DNA of 64,000 bases, from IMG/VR virus record IMGVR_UViG_3300037851_000831, positions 1 to 64,000 of that record; one strand, given 5' to 3'. Made by a program: the position numbers and the translations under genes. This document shows positions 19,809-29,438 of this stretch, in pieces. This DNA comes from a virus. The notes beneath the pieces were generated by a model, which made no database searches, had not been told where the DNA came from, and worked only from the letters and a program-made list of their open reading frames with translations. Numbering within the stretch: position 1 is the first letter of the stretch; the number at the start of each line of letters is the position of its first letter.

Positions 19809-20135
19809 TCAAGCGATTCGCTCGATTTTTTTCAAACTTCCCAACTCCAACACGCGAAGGTCACCGATCAACTCTGACCAACAACTCGTCTCAACCACGC
19901 GCTCGTCGCCGAGAGTGGTTGTCAAGAGAAACTTCATCGGCTTGTTGTCAAAGGAAGTGCAAACGATTTCAATGCCGCCTTTGTGCGTGAATCGTGGAGG
20001 ATACTCGTTGACAAGTTCCACGCTTCCCCAGCAACCGAAATCAGTGTTCCACTCGTTGTCTCTCGCCACTTCGTATAGTTTGCCTTCGATGCGAACTATC
20101 CAGCCTTTCTTCAAGGCGATGCCGATGTTTTTCAC
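19809..20135 (-). CDS. Hypothetical protein
   Basis: GTG overlapping upstream stop; stop overlaps next -35. Confidence 0.65.
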   Translation of the reverse strand: MKNIGIALKKGWIVRIEGKLYEVARDNEWNTDFGCWGSVELVNEYPPRFTHKGGIEIVCTSFDNKPMKFLLTTTLGDERVVETSCWSELIGDLRVLELGSLKKIERIA

Positions 20136-20500
20136 AGGATTTTAATTACGTCGGGGTCTACCGGAAGTTGCTTCTTGGCGAAGACGTAGCCATCATCCGT
20201 GCGCGTGCCAAGCGAGCCGTTCGAATACTTGATCAGGTGAGGATATGCACGAGTGCAACCATCCTTGTTCGGCCCAACGTACTCAGCAACTTCACCATTG
20301 CGAAGGAGGAGTTTCTGCCCCGGCTTGCAAGTGGTCATATCAACCACATGCTCGTCGAACGTGAGTTCGTCGCGAAGTTCTTCCTCTCGCTTCAGTTGAA
20401 ACGTGCCACCATGACGGTACCACACATCGTTGCTGTTCTCGGTTGCCGGGCTGGTATCAAGTTCCCATCCCGCTGCGGCTGCTGCGCGTTCGAAGTTCAT
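20132..20500 (-). CDS. Hypothetical protein
   Basis: Promoter-linked ATG. Confidence 0.75.
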   Translation of the reverse strand: MNFERAAAAAGWELDTSPATENSNDVWYRHGGTFQLKREEELRDELTFDEHVVDMTTCKPGQKLLLRNGEVAEYVGPNKDGCTRAYPHLIKYSNGSLGTRTDDGYVFAKKQLPVDPDVIKIL

Positions 20501-20551
20501 GGCGTGAAGTAGATCAGGATTTTTTTATTTGTCAAGCCTCTCGGCTCTGAA

Positions 20552-20782
20552 TTATTCCATGATCCGCCGAGTGATTTCCGACTTGACGGTGTAGATGCGC
20601 ACCTTGACGCTGATGAAGCGATTTTTCAAATCACGCTTGACTTGGCGTGCTTCCTCACGGGTCACGACGTTGGCTTTGGCGAGATACCAAGTCTCGTTGG
20701 TAGGCACACGGTACCAAACCTCATACTCTAAGTTGGAGCGTACTTGAGTGATACCGGGCTCGGGCGGTTGATTGAAGTTCAT
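20552..20782 (-). CDS. Hypothetical protein
   Basis: Promoter-linked ATG. Confidence 0.7.
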   Translation of the reverse strand: MNFNQPPEPGITQVRSNLEYEVWYRVPTNETWYLAKANVVTREEARQVKRDLKNRFISVKVRIYTVKSEITRRIME

Positions 20783-20813
20783 GGCGTGAAGTAGATCAGG
20801 ATTTATAGAAAAG

Positions 20814-20948
20814 TCAAGCCTTGGAGAAAAAAATCGCAGCGATAAATGTGATCACCATCGCCCCCAAGATGCAGACAGTGAAGATTGCCGCACGACGAAA
20901 TGTCGCCTCATCTCGCTTATCCTGCTCAAGTGAAGGAAACCGACTCAT
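20814..20948 (-). CDS. Small membrane protein
   Basis: 44 aa, one TM, ends KA* within next -35. Confidence 0.55.
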   Translation of the reverse strand: MSRFPSLEQDKRDEATFRRAAIFTVCILGAMVITFIAAIFFSKA

Positions 20949-20950
20949 GT

Positions 20951-21157
20951 TCAGTAGTTCTGGTTGAGGAGATAAAAGATGACCCACATCAACGCGGCCC
21001 ACCGAAAGGTGAAGCGAGCATTGACATTGTAAGCCAACTTCATCGCCCGACGATTTGCCGCGATGATCGTCAGTGCCATCCCGACGAACGCATTTGCTGT
21101 CAGATAAAGAGCACCGGCAAGGGCGAGCACTCGAAAGGCAAGAAGCGTGTAGTTCAT
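20951..21157 (-). CDS. Small membrane protein
   Basis: Promoter-linked ATG; hydrophobic. Confidence 0.6.
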   Translation of the reverse strand: MNYTLLAFRVLALAGALYLTANAFVGMALTIIAANRRAMKLAYNVNARFTFRWAALMWVIFYLLNQNY

Positions 21158-21188
21158 GGCGCAGAGTAGATCAGGAATTAAAGAAAAG

Positions 21189-21680
21189 TCAAGCCCATCC
21201 CTGCAATTCGAGATTTTTCTTTCGCTCTTCCATCCGCGCAGCAACGCGCTTTCCCACATCGGTACGATGCTTGTTGTAGCGGCGTTTGATCCACTGATAA
21301 GCCTTTGACTTCGACGCAATCTGTTCGAGGAGTTCGACGAAGTTGTAGCCGTAGCGGGCGATGGCTTGTTCTTCTTTGAACAAGGATTTAATCATTGCCA
21401 CCACCGCAGACTTGTTCAAGTCGCGAGCACATGCAGCGGCAGACTTGGCAATCGGCTCACGAGAGTCGGAGGAGTAGGAAACCTTCATCGGTCCATTCTC
21501 CGAACGACCGAGTTCGAAGGAATAGATATCGTAGCGACCGGGCACGGCGTACCGATAAACGTAGATGCGAAAATCCTTCTCGTCGCGAATGAGCACGATG
21601 GAGAGATACTCATTGCGCTCGCTGCCTGCCAGCACGCGGATGTTATCGCTCATTCGAGAGAATGGATCGGTATGATGCAT
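21189..21680 (-). CDS. Hypothetical protein
   Basis: Promoter-linked ATG. Confidence 0.7.
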   Translation of the reverse strand: MHHTDPFSRMSDNIRVLAGSERNEYLSIVLIRDEKDFRIYVYRYAVPGRYDIYSFELGRSENGPMKVSYSSDSREPIAKSAAACARDLNKSAVVAMIKSLFKEEQAIARYGYNFVELLEQIASKSKAYQWIKRRYNKHRTDVGKRVAARMEERKKNLELQGWA

Positions 21681-21718
21681 AGCAGGAGTCAATCAGGGTT
21701 TCTTTAACTTGTCAAGCC

Positions 21719-21961
21719 TTAGTTCTGCACGACAACCTCTTCGGTCACGCGCACAACCCGATGCTTCTTCTTCGGCTCACGGGAACAAACTTCCTTGAAG
21801 CCTTCCAGAGCCATGTGCGTTGTCATGAACGTGACGTAAGAAATATCCGACCAGATATCCCGACCGTTCTTTGGCTTGGATACCTTGGCGGTCTGCACTT
21901 GATAGAAAATCACGTGCTTATCACACGCCGTCAGTTTTGCCAGAGGGTTTCTGTTGCTCAT
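21719..21961 (-). CDS. Hypothetical protein
   Basis: ATGA overlap with upstream ORF. Confidence 0.65.
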   Translation of the reverse strand: MSNRNPLAKLTACDKHVIFYQVQTAKVSKPKNGRDIWSDISYVTFMTTHMALEGFKEVCSREPKKKHRVVRVTEEVVVQN

Positions 21962-22440
21962 ATCTCGTAATTTAACTGAGGGTTGATGATCGGGCGGTCT
22001 TGCTTTTCTGTGTTCTGTATTGCCTCAAGAACATACTCGTAGGCGGCAGCGGCAGTCTCACAATCAAAGTTGTGGTCGCGGATCGCCTGCATCTTCTCAT
22101 GCGATTCTTCAGGCGTGCAAAAGGATAAATCCAGCGGATGAGGATAAGGTTTCTTCTGCTCCCGGCGAAGGTTTGCTTGCTTCTGCAACCAGTTCTTGAG
22201 TTGATTCCACCGCTTCTCGGAATGGGCAAGTTGGTCTTCGAGAGGAATCTCTTGAATCTTGCTCAACCGTTCGGCACGCTGCTTTCGGATTTCGTCGAGA
22301 GCATTGATGCCAGAGACGGCGTAACCCCTCATACTCACCGGAGCGTTCGGATCGGATATTACCAGATGCGAACGCTCATTGAGGAAGTACGAAGCGGCTA
22401 TCGCTTCAAGATAGTCGCGATATGAAGAAGGCTTGAGCAT
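21958..22440 (-). CDS. Hypothetical protein
   Basis: TAATG overlap with upstream ORF. Confidence 0.7.
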   Translation of the reverse strand: MLKPSSYRDYLEAIAASYFLNERSHLVISDPNAPVSMRGYAVSGINALDEIRKQRAERLSKIQEIPLEDQLAHSEKRWNQLKNWLQKQANLRREQKKPYPHPLDLSFCTPEESHEKMQAIRDHNFDCETAAAAYEYVLEAIQNTEKQDRPIINPQLNYEI

Positions 22441-22763
22441 TAGTCAAGCACGCTGGAGTAGGTCGCAGCGTCGAGGTTGAGCACCGCCATGCGCACGCGG
22501 TCGAAGAGACCGATGGAAACCTTCTTGCCGTTGAACGCCATGGAGCCATCGGCGCGGAGTTCATAAGCACGATAGGCATACTGTACGAAGACCACCAGCG
22601 CAGCGATCACAGGATGAACCGTGCGAGTGGCACCCGACAGAGGATTGCAAACCTCGATGCGGTCGATCACCAACTCGTAGTCATTCTCCAACTTGGCGAG
22701 AAGGTTGAGTTGCGCCTTGGTGAGTTTCTTGCCATTGACTTCGGTGTAAGAGGTAAGGTTCAT
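22440..22763 (-). CDS. Hypothetical protein
   Basis: Promoter-linked ATG. Confidence 0.75.
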   Translation of the reverse strand: MNLTSYTEVNGKKLTKAQLNLLAKLENDYELVIDRIEVCNPLSGATRTVHPVIAALVVFVQYAYRAYELRADGSMAFNGKKVSIGLFDRVRMAVLNLDAATYSSVLD

Positions 22764-22808
22764 GCAAGAAATAATGACAGGTTTCTAAAAAAAGTCAATA
22801 CCCTACGA

Positions 22809-23135
22809 TCACTTTTTTGGAAATTGTTTGAGTAACTCCTTCACCCCGCGCAACTCGGCTTCGGCGTTGTACTTCAGCACGTGAAGGTGCCTCTCGTAAT
22901 CGTCATACTGATAGCCGGTACGCTCAACGTCGCAAATGTTTGGATGGATGTTTCGCACGAGTTTGCGCGTCACCATCCACCCCCAAACGTGCTTGGTGTA
23001 TTCCGCCCAACGTTCAACCTTTGCCGCGACGAGCAGTTCACTCCACGACAGCGGGCGGTCTTCCCGCTGAAAAGTGGACATTATCCGCTTCTCAATCGCT
23101 TTCGCGAGTTTGGTGTGTACGCTTACGAGTGCCAT
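22809..23135 (-). CDS. Hypothetical protein
   Basis: ATG 2 nt after upstream stop. Confidence 0.65.
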   Translation of the reverse strand: MALVSVHTKLAKAIEKRIMSTFQREDRPLSWSELLVAAKVERWAEYTKHVWGWMVTRKLVRNIHPNICDVERTGYQYDDYERHLHVLKYNAEAELRGVKELLKQFPKK

Positions 23136-23137
23136 GG

Positions 23138-23392
23138 TTAAACGTTGTAAACCTTCAACTGCTTCTTCCAAAGCAAATCGTCGAGGTCGCCCTTGGTGAA
23201 ACTCTCATCAGGGCTGCGATGATCCGGCTTGACGAGCGCCTTCACATCCGCCCAGCCTCCACTCGGAGTACGCTGCGCGACGGTCACCTCGTAGAGCCCA
23301 CCGAACTGCTCATCTTCATCCCATACCTTCAGGAGAGTTCCCTCGGTGATTAGGAAGCCCGGTTCGAGATAGAAATGTTTAGTCTCATCCAT
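23138..23392 (-). CDS. Hypothetical protein
   Basis: Promoter-linked ATG. Confidence 0.7.
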   Translation of the reverse strand: MDETKHFYLEPGFLITEGTLLKVWDEDEQFGGLYEVTVAQRTPSGGWADVKALVKPDHRSPDESFTKGDLDDLLWKKQLKVYNV

Positions 23393-23442
23393 GTGGAACA
23401 GCCTGACAGGATTGTTTTATCCTGTCAAGCCTCCGAAGCAAA

Positions 23443-23736
23443 TCAGTTGTAAAAAATGATGTAGTTGCTCGTCACGATCCGCTTGCCGGTCTTGCGGTCG
23501 GTGAAGGAAACACCGGAGTTGTAGTAAACGATGTTGCCTTCATCCACCTCGTAGATGATGCACTCGGGCGTGGCAGTAGAGCCGTGCGAATGGTACGCGT
23601 GCATCACGTGGATGGTGACGTATGGAGGCTTGGAAGACACCTGTTCAACCGAGGTTTTGATCTGCGGACCACAAGCGGCGAGCAAGAGCACGCCGAGAGA
23701 CAGGAACACGAACTTGACGAAGGATAGAACGTTCAT
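23443..23736 (-). CDS. Putative lipoprotein
   Basis: Signal peptide with LAAC lipobox. Confidence 0.7.
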   Translation of the reverse strand: MNVLSFVKFVFLSLGVLLLAACGPQIKTSVEQVSSKPPYVTIHVMHAYHSHGSTATPECIIYEVDEGNIVYYNSGVSFTDRKTGKRIVTSNYIIFYN

Positions 23737-23740
23737 GGAA

Positions 23741-24094
23741 TTAGAAATGGCAGAGGAGAAGGTCAGCCTGCTTGAACAACTGTGCCTTCACGCGATTGCT
23801 GAAGGTGTACTTTGCCGCCTGCTGGAGACCGCCGAAGCCGTAGGAACCGGAGACGGCGACCACGATAAACTCTGGCTCTTCATCCACCGGGCGAGTCAGG
23901 CGAAGGGCGAGTTCAGCCTTGTAGGTCATGCAGGAACCGCGCATGGTGTAAGTCGCAGAGCCGAAGTAGCAGTAATCGCCGGGGCGAAACTTGCTGGCAC
24001 TCGCACAGCACGAGAAGCGAGATTTCGGATGATTCAAAACCCGCTTGGCGAGTTCGTTGCTCACGGTCATGCGTTCCGGTGTAATCGTTGTCAT
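23741..24094 (-). CDS. Hypothetical protein
   Basis: Promoter-linked ATG. Confidence 0.7.
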   Translation of the reverse strand: MTTITPERMTVSNELAKRVLNHPKSRFSCCASASKFRPGDYCYFGSATYTMRGSCMTYKAELALRLTRPVDEEPEFIVVAVSGSYGFGGLQQAAKYTFSNRVKAQLFKQADLLLCHF

Positions 24095-24145
24095 GATGTG
24101 CGAAGGTTGACGGATTTTCTTTAAGTTGTCAAGCCCTTGGAGAAA

Positions 24146-24388
24146 TTAATCTCCAGATTCTTCGAGAGCGGCGATGTATTCCCGTTCGGTCGCATGACGC
24201 ACGAAGCGAACATTCGACGCGTCAACCCAAGCGAAGTACTGAGTGGCGAACGACCATCCACCGTTCCATTCAGCCTTGACGATGACGAGCGGCTTGCGCT
24301 TCTCCGTGAAGGGTCCCACCCAAAGGCGCTTTCCTTCGGTGGTGAGTTCAACTACGTCGCCGGGGCGAGGAATGCGTTTACCAGCCAT
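24146..24388 (-). CDS. Hypothetical protein
   Basis: 80 aa, SH3-like PGDVV start. Confidence 0.65.
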   Translation of the reverse strand: MAGKRIPRPGDVVELTTEGKRLWVGPFTEKRKPLVIVKAEWNGGWSFATQYFAWVDASNVRFVRHATEREYIAALEESGD

Positions 24389-24740
24389 TGTGGGAAGCCC
24401 CCGGTTTCATCGCGGCATCGATGCCGTCGCGAACGCCCTTGTCATACTGCGCACGCACCACATCCACGGGGATGAGTTTGACCGTGCTGCGGGCACGCTT
24501 GAGAGCGCGAAGGCGCTTGTTGAGTTCCTTACCCTCCTTCGTACCACGCTCGGCATTCGCCTGCATGTGAGTGTTGGTAATGGCGAGGTCGAACATGTCG
24601 AGAAGAAGTTTCTCGGCATTGCCGTCAAAGCGAACGAAGATCGAAGCGTATTGGTCGGTTTGCATGGAAATGGAGCCGCGTTGTACCTCCCGTTTGAGGA
24701 TTAGGTCGGGGTCTTCACGGCTTCGCGTATCACCCGACAA
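24378..24740 (-). CDS. Hypothetical protein
   Basis: TTG at promoter-linked position. Confidence 0.6.
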   Translation of the reverse strand: MSGDTRSREDPDLILKREVQRGSISMQTDQYASIFVRFDGNAEKLLLDMFDLAITNTHMQANAERGTKEGKELNKRLRALKRARSTVKLIPVDVVRAQYDKGVRDGIDAAMKPGASHNGW

Positions 24741-24772
24741 CGAGATGGATTAGAACAGGTTTCTAAAAAAAG

Positions 24773-25318
24773 TCAAGCCTTGGCGAAGAAAATCTTCACG
24801 TTATTCTGCCGATCCTTCGGGTTGACCCACATGTTCTTTTCCCGATAAAACCACCAGCAGTCCTGACCCATGAGGGTATCGTAAACCCCGTTGCAATGCG
24901 TGTAGATTCCCCAATCGTAGGCAGCGCAGCGGAACGGGGAGTTGAGGTTGTAGGCACTGGCAGCGAAAGCCCGCGACTCTTCATCGGTGTTCACAATCGG
25001 CACCGGATGGTTGGCGAGGAACACGCTCGGGGGATTGCCTCCCATGTTGTATCCAAGGCGCTCCAGCACGTAGGAGGAAAGAATGCCCTTGAGGGTTTCC
25101 CGACCGAGGTAGCGATAGGAAGCCTCAACCCGCTTATCCATATCGGTCTCGTTCGCCACATCATCCGCCGTCGCACTATTGAGACGGATCGCATTGATGA
25201 GCAATGCTGCGTGCGGTTCGGAAAGCACCGACAACATTTCACGACGCTCCAAAAGAAGCGGCATGATGAAGAGGTCAACGATGCACTCGTACTCGGCGGG
25301 AATGGTCCAACGTTTCAT
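24773..25318 (-). CDS. Hypothetical protein
   Basis: Promoter-linked ATG; ends KA* in next -35. Confidence 0.75.
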   Translation of the reverse strand: MKRWTIPAEYECIVDLFIMPLLLERREMLSVLSEPHAALLINAIRLNSATADDVANETDMDKRVEASYRYLGRETLKGILSSYVLERLGYNMGGNPPSVFLANHPVPIVNTDEESRAFAASAYNLNSPFRCAAYDWGIYTHCNGVYDTLMGQDCWWFYREKNMWVNPKDRQNNVKIFFAKA

Positions 25319-25350
25319 GGATAGAAGGTTGACGGATTTCTTTTAACTTG

Positions 25351-25521
25351 TCAAGCCTTCTTCGGCTCGTATTTGGATTTTACGACCAAGCGTTCGACCG
25401 GAAGGCAATACCCGTCGCTGGTCGCCTCGGCTTTGGCGTGCTTCCACGCCTCGTCGTGATTGTCGTATGCCGTGAGGCTGTTCATCCCCACAACCCAAAT
25501 TTCTTTGATTGGTTCACTCAT
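25351..25521 (-). CDS. Small hypothetical protein (56 aa, not in ORF track)
   Basis: MSEPIKEIWVVG...YEPKKA*; stop in next -35. Confidence 0.6.
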   Translation of the reverse strand: MSEPIKEIWVVGMNSLTAYDNHDEAWKHAKAEATSDGYCLPVERLVVKSKYEPKKA

Positions 25522-25524
25522 GTT

Positions 25525-25860
25525 TTAACCCTCCATGTCTGCGCGGATTTCCGCTTCGATTTCCTGACCCTGTTCACGTTCCCAAGCCTCGGAACCGTAG
25601 ACCGGGCTGAGAGCCACCCAATCAGCGTCGAGTTTGACATTGATACCCTGCGCGACGAGGCGGTTGAGATGATCCTTGACCCGAACGATGCCCGACAAAT
25701 CCGTGGTGAAGCAGTCGCCAAGCCACTGGCTACCATCCTTCGCCATGGCGCGCAGGAAATAAACCTCACGCTCGATGCGACCATCCGGATTGCGCATATC
25801 AGCGATTTCCGGATTGAAGCCAACGGTCTCGATGTCAGCGAAGATGTCGAAGGTGATCAT
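25525..25860 (-). CDS. Hypothetical protein
   Basis: Promoter-linked ATG; PVYGSEAW motif. Confidence 0.7.
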   Translation of the reverse strand: MITFDIFADIETVGFNPEIADMRNPDGRIEREVYFLRAMAKDGSQWLGDCFTTDLSGIVRVKDHLNRLVAQGINVKLDADWVALSPVYGSEAWEREQGQEIEAEIRADMEG

Positions 25861-25923
25861 GCCCCCGACAATACCGAATTGTTTTAGAAAGTCAAGCCCT
25901 AGACTCAACTTTCTTCAACTTTT

Positions 25924-26409
25924 CTACCAATCGTGCACCACGGCATACCCACGGAACGAACCAGTGTTTCCGGGGTGGCAATCGGCGAGTTCACTGGCAA
26001 AGCGACATGCTTCAAGCAAATCACACGTGGCTTCACGCACGGAAAGGGAAACGTCAATGAGCGGCTGGATGTAGATCGCACCGTATGAGTGTGGAAGTTC
26101 GACAAACTCAGTCGGGCACGCGCAGGGCGGTACTCCCTCTTCACCATCGCATACATACGGGCACTTGACCACGATGGATTCATCCTTGCTCTTGTAAGCA
26201 AAACCGCTGCAACCGGTATGCTTGAACCGCTTCAACTTCCACTTGCGCAACACCTTGCGGATGGCGAAGTGCCAGTTGTATTTGTCAACATCCTGCCCCG
26301 ATTCCAGACAACTCTTGAAACACTCGGATATCTCCGCTGCGACCGCCTGCAACTTCTTGCGGATTGACTTCGGGCACTTCGGATGCTCGGCAATCTTGAA
26401 CTTCTTCAT
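25924..26409 (-). CDS. Minimal protein-kinase-like fold protein
   Basis: GCSGFAY, VVK, DCHPGN, VVHDW; paralog of 60069-60491. Confidence 0.6.
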   Translation of the reverse strand: MKKFKIAEHPKCPKSIRKKLQAVAAEISECFKSCLESGQDVDKYNWHFAIRKVLRKWKLKRFKHTGCSGFAYKSKDESIVVKCPYVCDGEEGVPPCACPTEFVELPHSYGAIYIQPLIDVSLSVREATCDLLEACRFASELADCHPGNTGSFRGYAVVHDW

Positions 26410-26415
26410 GGGAGT

Positions 26416-26673
26416 TTACTCCATTCCGGCAGCGGCTTCCGCCATCTTGACGAGTTCATCCTGCGGCAGCGTGCGGGTCGTCGAGGTCCACGCATTGATG
26501 TGCTTCGTGGTCGTGTTGCTGAACTTCTCAGCGGTCTTGTAAACACCGGGCTTGTGATTGCCCCACGAAAGATTGATCACCACCGCGACCGGCGTCTTGT
26601 AGGAGAAGAGAACGGAGTTGCCGTTCGTGAAGTTAACCTCGTTGCAATTCGGGCTGATGTTCTTGAGTTGCAT
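26416..26673 (-). CDS. Hypothetical phage protein (SYxTPVA...SxTTxKH family)
   Basis: Promoter-linked; paralog of 58526-58822. Confidence 0.75.
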   Translation of the reverse strand: MQLKNISPNCNEVNFTNGNSVLFSYKTPVAVVINLSWGNHKPGVYKTAEKFSNTTTKHINAWTSTTRTLPQDELVKMAEAAAGME

Positions 26674-26710
26674 GGAAGGGATTAGAACAGGATTTTTTTA
26701 TTTGTCAAGC

Positions 26711-27028
26711 CTACCACGAAACATAAAGCAAAAAAGAATCGCCTTCGATTTCGTTGCGCGTGAAGAAATCCTCCATCATCTGATTGAGACTGTCAACCTG
26801 CTCCTTGGTCTTGATGGCGTGATTCTCCCCGAGGTAATACGCATCGTTGTCGTCGGGATAGCAGTTTCCCTCATCGTCAACACAGATTTGATGAAGCCGA
26901 TGAACTTCGAGATGGCACCCGTTGCCGGTGATATCGTTGCAGCGGATTTCCTGATACTCACGGATGAATCGATCATCCTCGCGAGACAGACCGCTTGCAC
27001 AGGAATCAATGACGACTTTTCTTTTCAT
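26711..27028 (-). CDS. Hypothetical protein
   Basis: ATGA overlap. Confidence 0.7.
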   Translation of the reverse strand: MKRKVVIDSCASGLSREDDRFIREYQEIRCNDITGNGCHLEVHRLHQICVDDEGNCYPDDNDAYYLGENHAIKTKEQVDSLNQMMEDFFTRNEIEGDSFLLYVSW

Positions 27029-27366
27029 TTTTTGACGTTCCAGCGAATGAGAGCAACTTCATACATTCCACCGCCATCGTGTGAGGCTTCGACCAAGTAA
27101 TCCGATGGAAGTGCTTCTTTGAGGAGTTTGTAAAAGGCATCCTTGTTGCGAAGGTCGCCGTAGTTGGGATTGTCGAATCCGAAGACCGAGTGGCTCGTGA
27201 ACTGATACGGATCGGCGAGGAGTTTCTCGATGTGCGCCGCAAAGGCATTAAGCACTCGTGCAACTTCCTTGCGCACAACGTCGAGACTCTTCGACTTCGC
27301 ATCTTTGATCTTGACGCGAAGATCGGCGGCAGTGGGAAGAACGGGCATGACCATTGGCGTTTCCAT
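27025..27366 (-). CDS. Hypothetical protein
   Basis: Promoter-linked ATG. Confidence 0.7.
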   Translation of the reverse strand: METPMVMPVLPTAADLRVKIKDAKSKSLDVVRKEVARVLNAFAAHIEKLLADPYQFTSHSVFGFDNPNYGDLRNKDAFYKLLKEALPSDYLVEASHDGGGMYEVALIRWNVKK

Positions 27367-27418
27367 GGAGAAGAGGTTGACGGATTTCTTTTAACTTGTC
27401 AATACCGGATTGAAAGAA

Positions 27419-28129
27419 TTATGCAGAAAGATTGCGCTCCCACGTGTCAGAGATTTCGCCGTCAACATGGCATTTGAACGACTGATGTGCAATCTTGTTG
27501 ATCACCCGGTCGTAACGCTTGATCGTGGCACCGTTGTAGATTTGCCCGAGGATTTCGTTGAAGAGCACCACCCACTCACACGGAAGGGCGTCAAGATAAC
27601 CGCCTGAGAGTTGATGATCGGTCGCCCACTGGTTGCACGGGGAGAGAGTCGAGAATTTGATATGCCCAACCCCGCGATGCTTTTCGATGAAGGCATCCAG
27701 TTTCTCCTTTGTTTCAAGTTGGCGCGTATGAATCAGCGTATGGAGCGTCAGGTCTGAATTAAAATTCGCCTGAAGGGGAAGACTCGGCTGATGATAAAAA
27801 GAAATGTTGAAGCAATCCACGATGCCATCCAGAGCCTTCACAACGTCAGGCATCGTGTAGTTCGTGGTCATGATGACCCGGAAGCCATACGACTTGACCA
27901 ACTGTGCAATCTCCACCACATTCGGATGAAGGGTCGGCTCGCCACCGATCAACAGCACATCCTTGATGCCGTGCTTCACTCCATGCTCACACGCCGCGAT
28001 GACATGTTCGCGGGAGATATATTCCAACCTCCCGCGATATCTGTCGATGCAAAAAGGGCACTTCTTATTGCACTCATGAGTCAAGACGAGACTCATGTAA
28101 TCCGCCGTCGTCTGTTTGATGTCGAACAT
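27419..28129 (-). CDS. Radical SAM protein
   Basis: CNKKCPFC (CxxxCxxC), GGEPTLHP, TTN. Confidence 0.92.
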   Translation of the reverse strand: MFDIKQTTADYMSLVLTHECNKKCPFCIDRYRGRLEYISREHVIAACEHGVKHGIKDVLLIGGEPTLHPNVVEIAQLVKSYGFRVIMTTNYTMPDVVKALDGIVDCFNISFYHQPSLPLQANFNSDLTLHTLIHTRQLETKEKLDAFIEKHRGVGHIKFSTLSPCNQWATDHQLSGGYLDALPCEWVVLFNEILGQIYNGATIKRYDRVINKIAHQSFKCHVDGEISDTWERNLSA

Positions 28130-28153
28130 GCCGCAGACGTTGACGGATTTCTT

Positions 28154-28627
28154 TTAACTTGTCAAGCCCGTGGTGTCGATTTCCAGCGTGGAAAAACCTT
28201 CCGGTGTGGAACCGCCCCGAAGCACCCCGAGGATTTTCTTCGCCTCGCCGGTATAGGTGGAACCAACAGCCGTCACGGTACCAACCCAGCGATCACCCTG
28301 CCGCCTACGGCGACGGCTGTCTCCAGTCGGAAGGAGAACGGAATCACCCACACGAACGTCGGCACCCTCGGCGTCATACGTCCACGTGTGGTTTACCACG
28401 ATGAGGTTGCGCTTCGGCTGAGACTCTTCATGGAGCACGATCAGGGCATCCTCGATCTTCGCAAGGATTTCCATATCCTCACGGATGGAGGTACCGGCGG
28501 CGAGGGCAACCCGAGCACCCGCCATGCTGACAGGGCGAACGTTGCCTTCAAACTGGTCGAGACGGATCAGCACGCGATTGCGAAGCGTGGTGAGTTGCGA
28601 AGCAAGAGATACAAGCGATGTGTTCAT
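28154..28627 (-). CDS. Hypothetical protein
   Basis: MNTSLVSL start downstream of tRNA-like element. Confidence 0.65.
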   Translation of the reverse strand: MNTSLVSLASQLTTLRNRVLIRLDQFEGNVRPVSMAGARVALAAGTSIREDMEILAKIEDALIVLHEESQPKRNLIVVNHTWTYDAEGADVRVGDSVLLPTGDSRRRRRQGDRWVGTVTAVGSTYTGEAKKILGVLRGGSTPEGFSTLEIDTTGLTS

Positions 28628-28648
28628 ATGTGGTTTGTTTTGAAATGT

Positions 28649-28714
28649 GTCGCCCCACAGGAATCGAACCTGCCTTCGGTGGATATCCCCCAAGTCCCCA
28701 GAATCAGAGGCGAC
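28649..28714 (-). ncRNA. 66 nt tRNA-like element (acceptor stem + canonical T arm, no D stem)
   Basis: GTCGCCTC/GGGGCGAC closing stem; GCAGG-TTCGATT-CCTGT T arm; just downstream of promoter at 28761. Confidence 0.55.
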
Positions 28715-28760
28715 GGGTTTCTCATGAGAGACTACAGATTGACGGGTTTCTTTAAGGCTG

Positions 28761-29159
28761 TCAAGCCTTCTGCGCAACTTTCTTCATCGCCTCTTCGATG
28801 TGAACGGAATGGAAGAGTGCGATATCCTGTGCGGATAGGTTGACCGTGGCACCCGGAGCGTACTTGACGAGCCTCTGGAGTTTCCGAAGATTCTCTTCAT
28901 CACTGGCGAATTCCGAAACACCATCCGCCCAAAAGTCACCCTTCCAAATCTGCTCGGCTTCCTCCCGAGTGGTATTCCGAGGACTGAAGAAAAACCACTT
29001 GGAGCGAACGATCTGCATCTCCCGCTGAATGTATTCCTCTTTCTTCTTGGCGCGGTACCGTTCGATCCACGCGAGTTCGAGCCTGCACGCTTCAAGGATG
29101 ACAGCGACGCTGTAGGCAGTGGTCGAGGTTGCGGTCGAGTTTACGTACGTGTTTAGCAT
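28761..29159 (-). CDS. Hypothetical protein
   Basis: Promoter-linked ATG; ends KA*. Confidence 0.7.
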   Translation of the reverse strand: MLNTYVNSTATSTTAYSVAVILEACRLELAWIERYRAKKKEEYIQREMQIVRSKWFFFSPRNTTREEAEQIWKGDFWADGVSEFASDEENLRKLQRLVKYAPGATVNLSAQDIALFHSVHIEEAMKKVAQKA

Positions 29160-29190
29160 GGTGAGGATGTTGAAGGATTATTTCAATAAG

Positions 29191-29391
29191 TCAAGCCTTG
29201 GCATCAAGATTTCTGCCGATTTGTTTTGCCTCGATCAGTTGGAATGCTTCCGGGTTCTCCGTCTCAACGTTGGCAACGGCTTGCACGGCAGACGGCGCAA
29301 TGGTCGTCTCCACCTTCACCCCCGATGGGAGAGCCAATCTTTGTGGCACCTCCCACCGGGAACCGTTGACATATGAAACCTCGTAGTTCAT
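29191..29391 (-). CDS. Hypothetical protein
   Basis: Promoter-linked ATG; ends KA*. Confidence 0.65.
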   Translation of the reverse strand: MNYEVSYVNGSRWEVPQRLALPSGVKVETTIAPSAVQAVANVETENPEAFQLIEAKQIGRNLDAKA

Positions 29392-29438
29392 GAGAATAAT
29401 CTTGACAACTCTATGAAGATTGTCAATAGTAATAGGTT

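Noticed and set aside
27791-28843. Long + strand ORFs in the array (e.g. 27791-28843, 32249-33178, 43601-44359, 50903-51721)
   Set aside because: Antisense shadows of minus-strand genes that carry real motifs and promoters.
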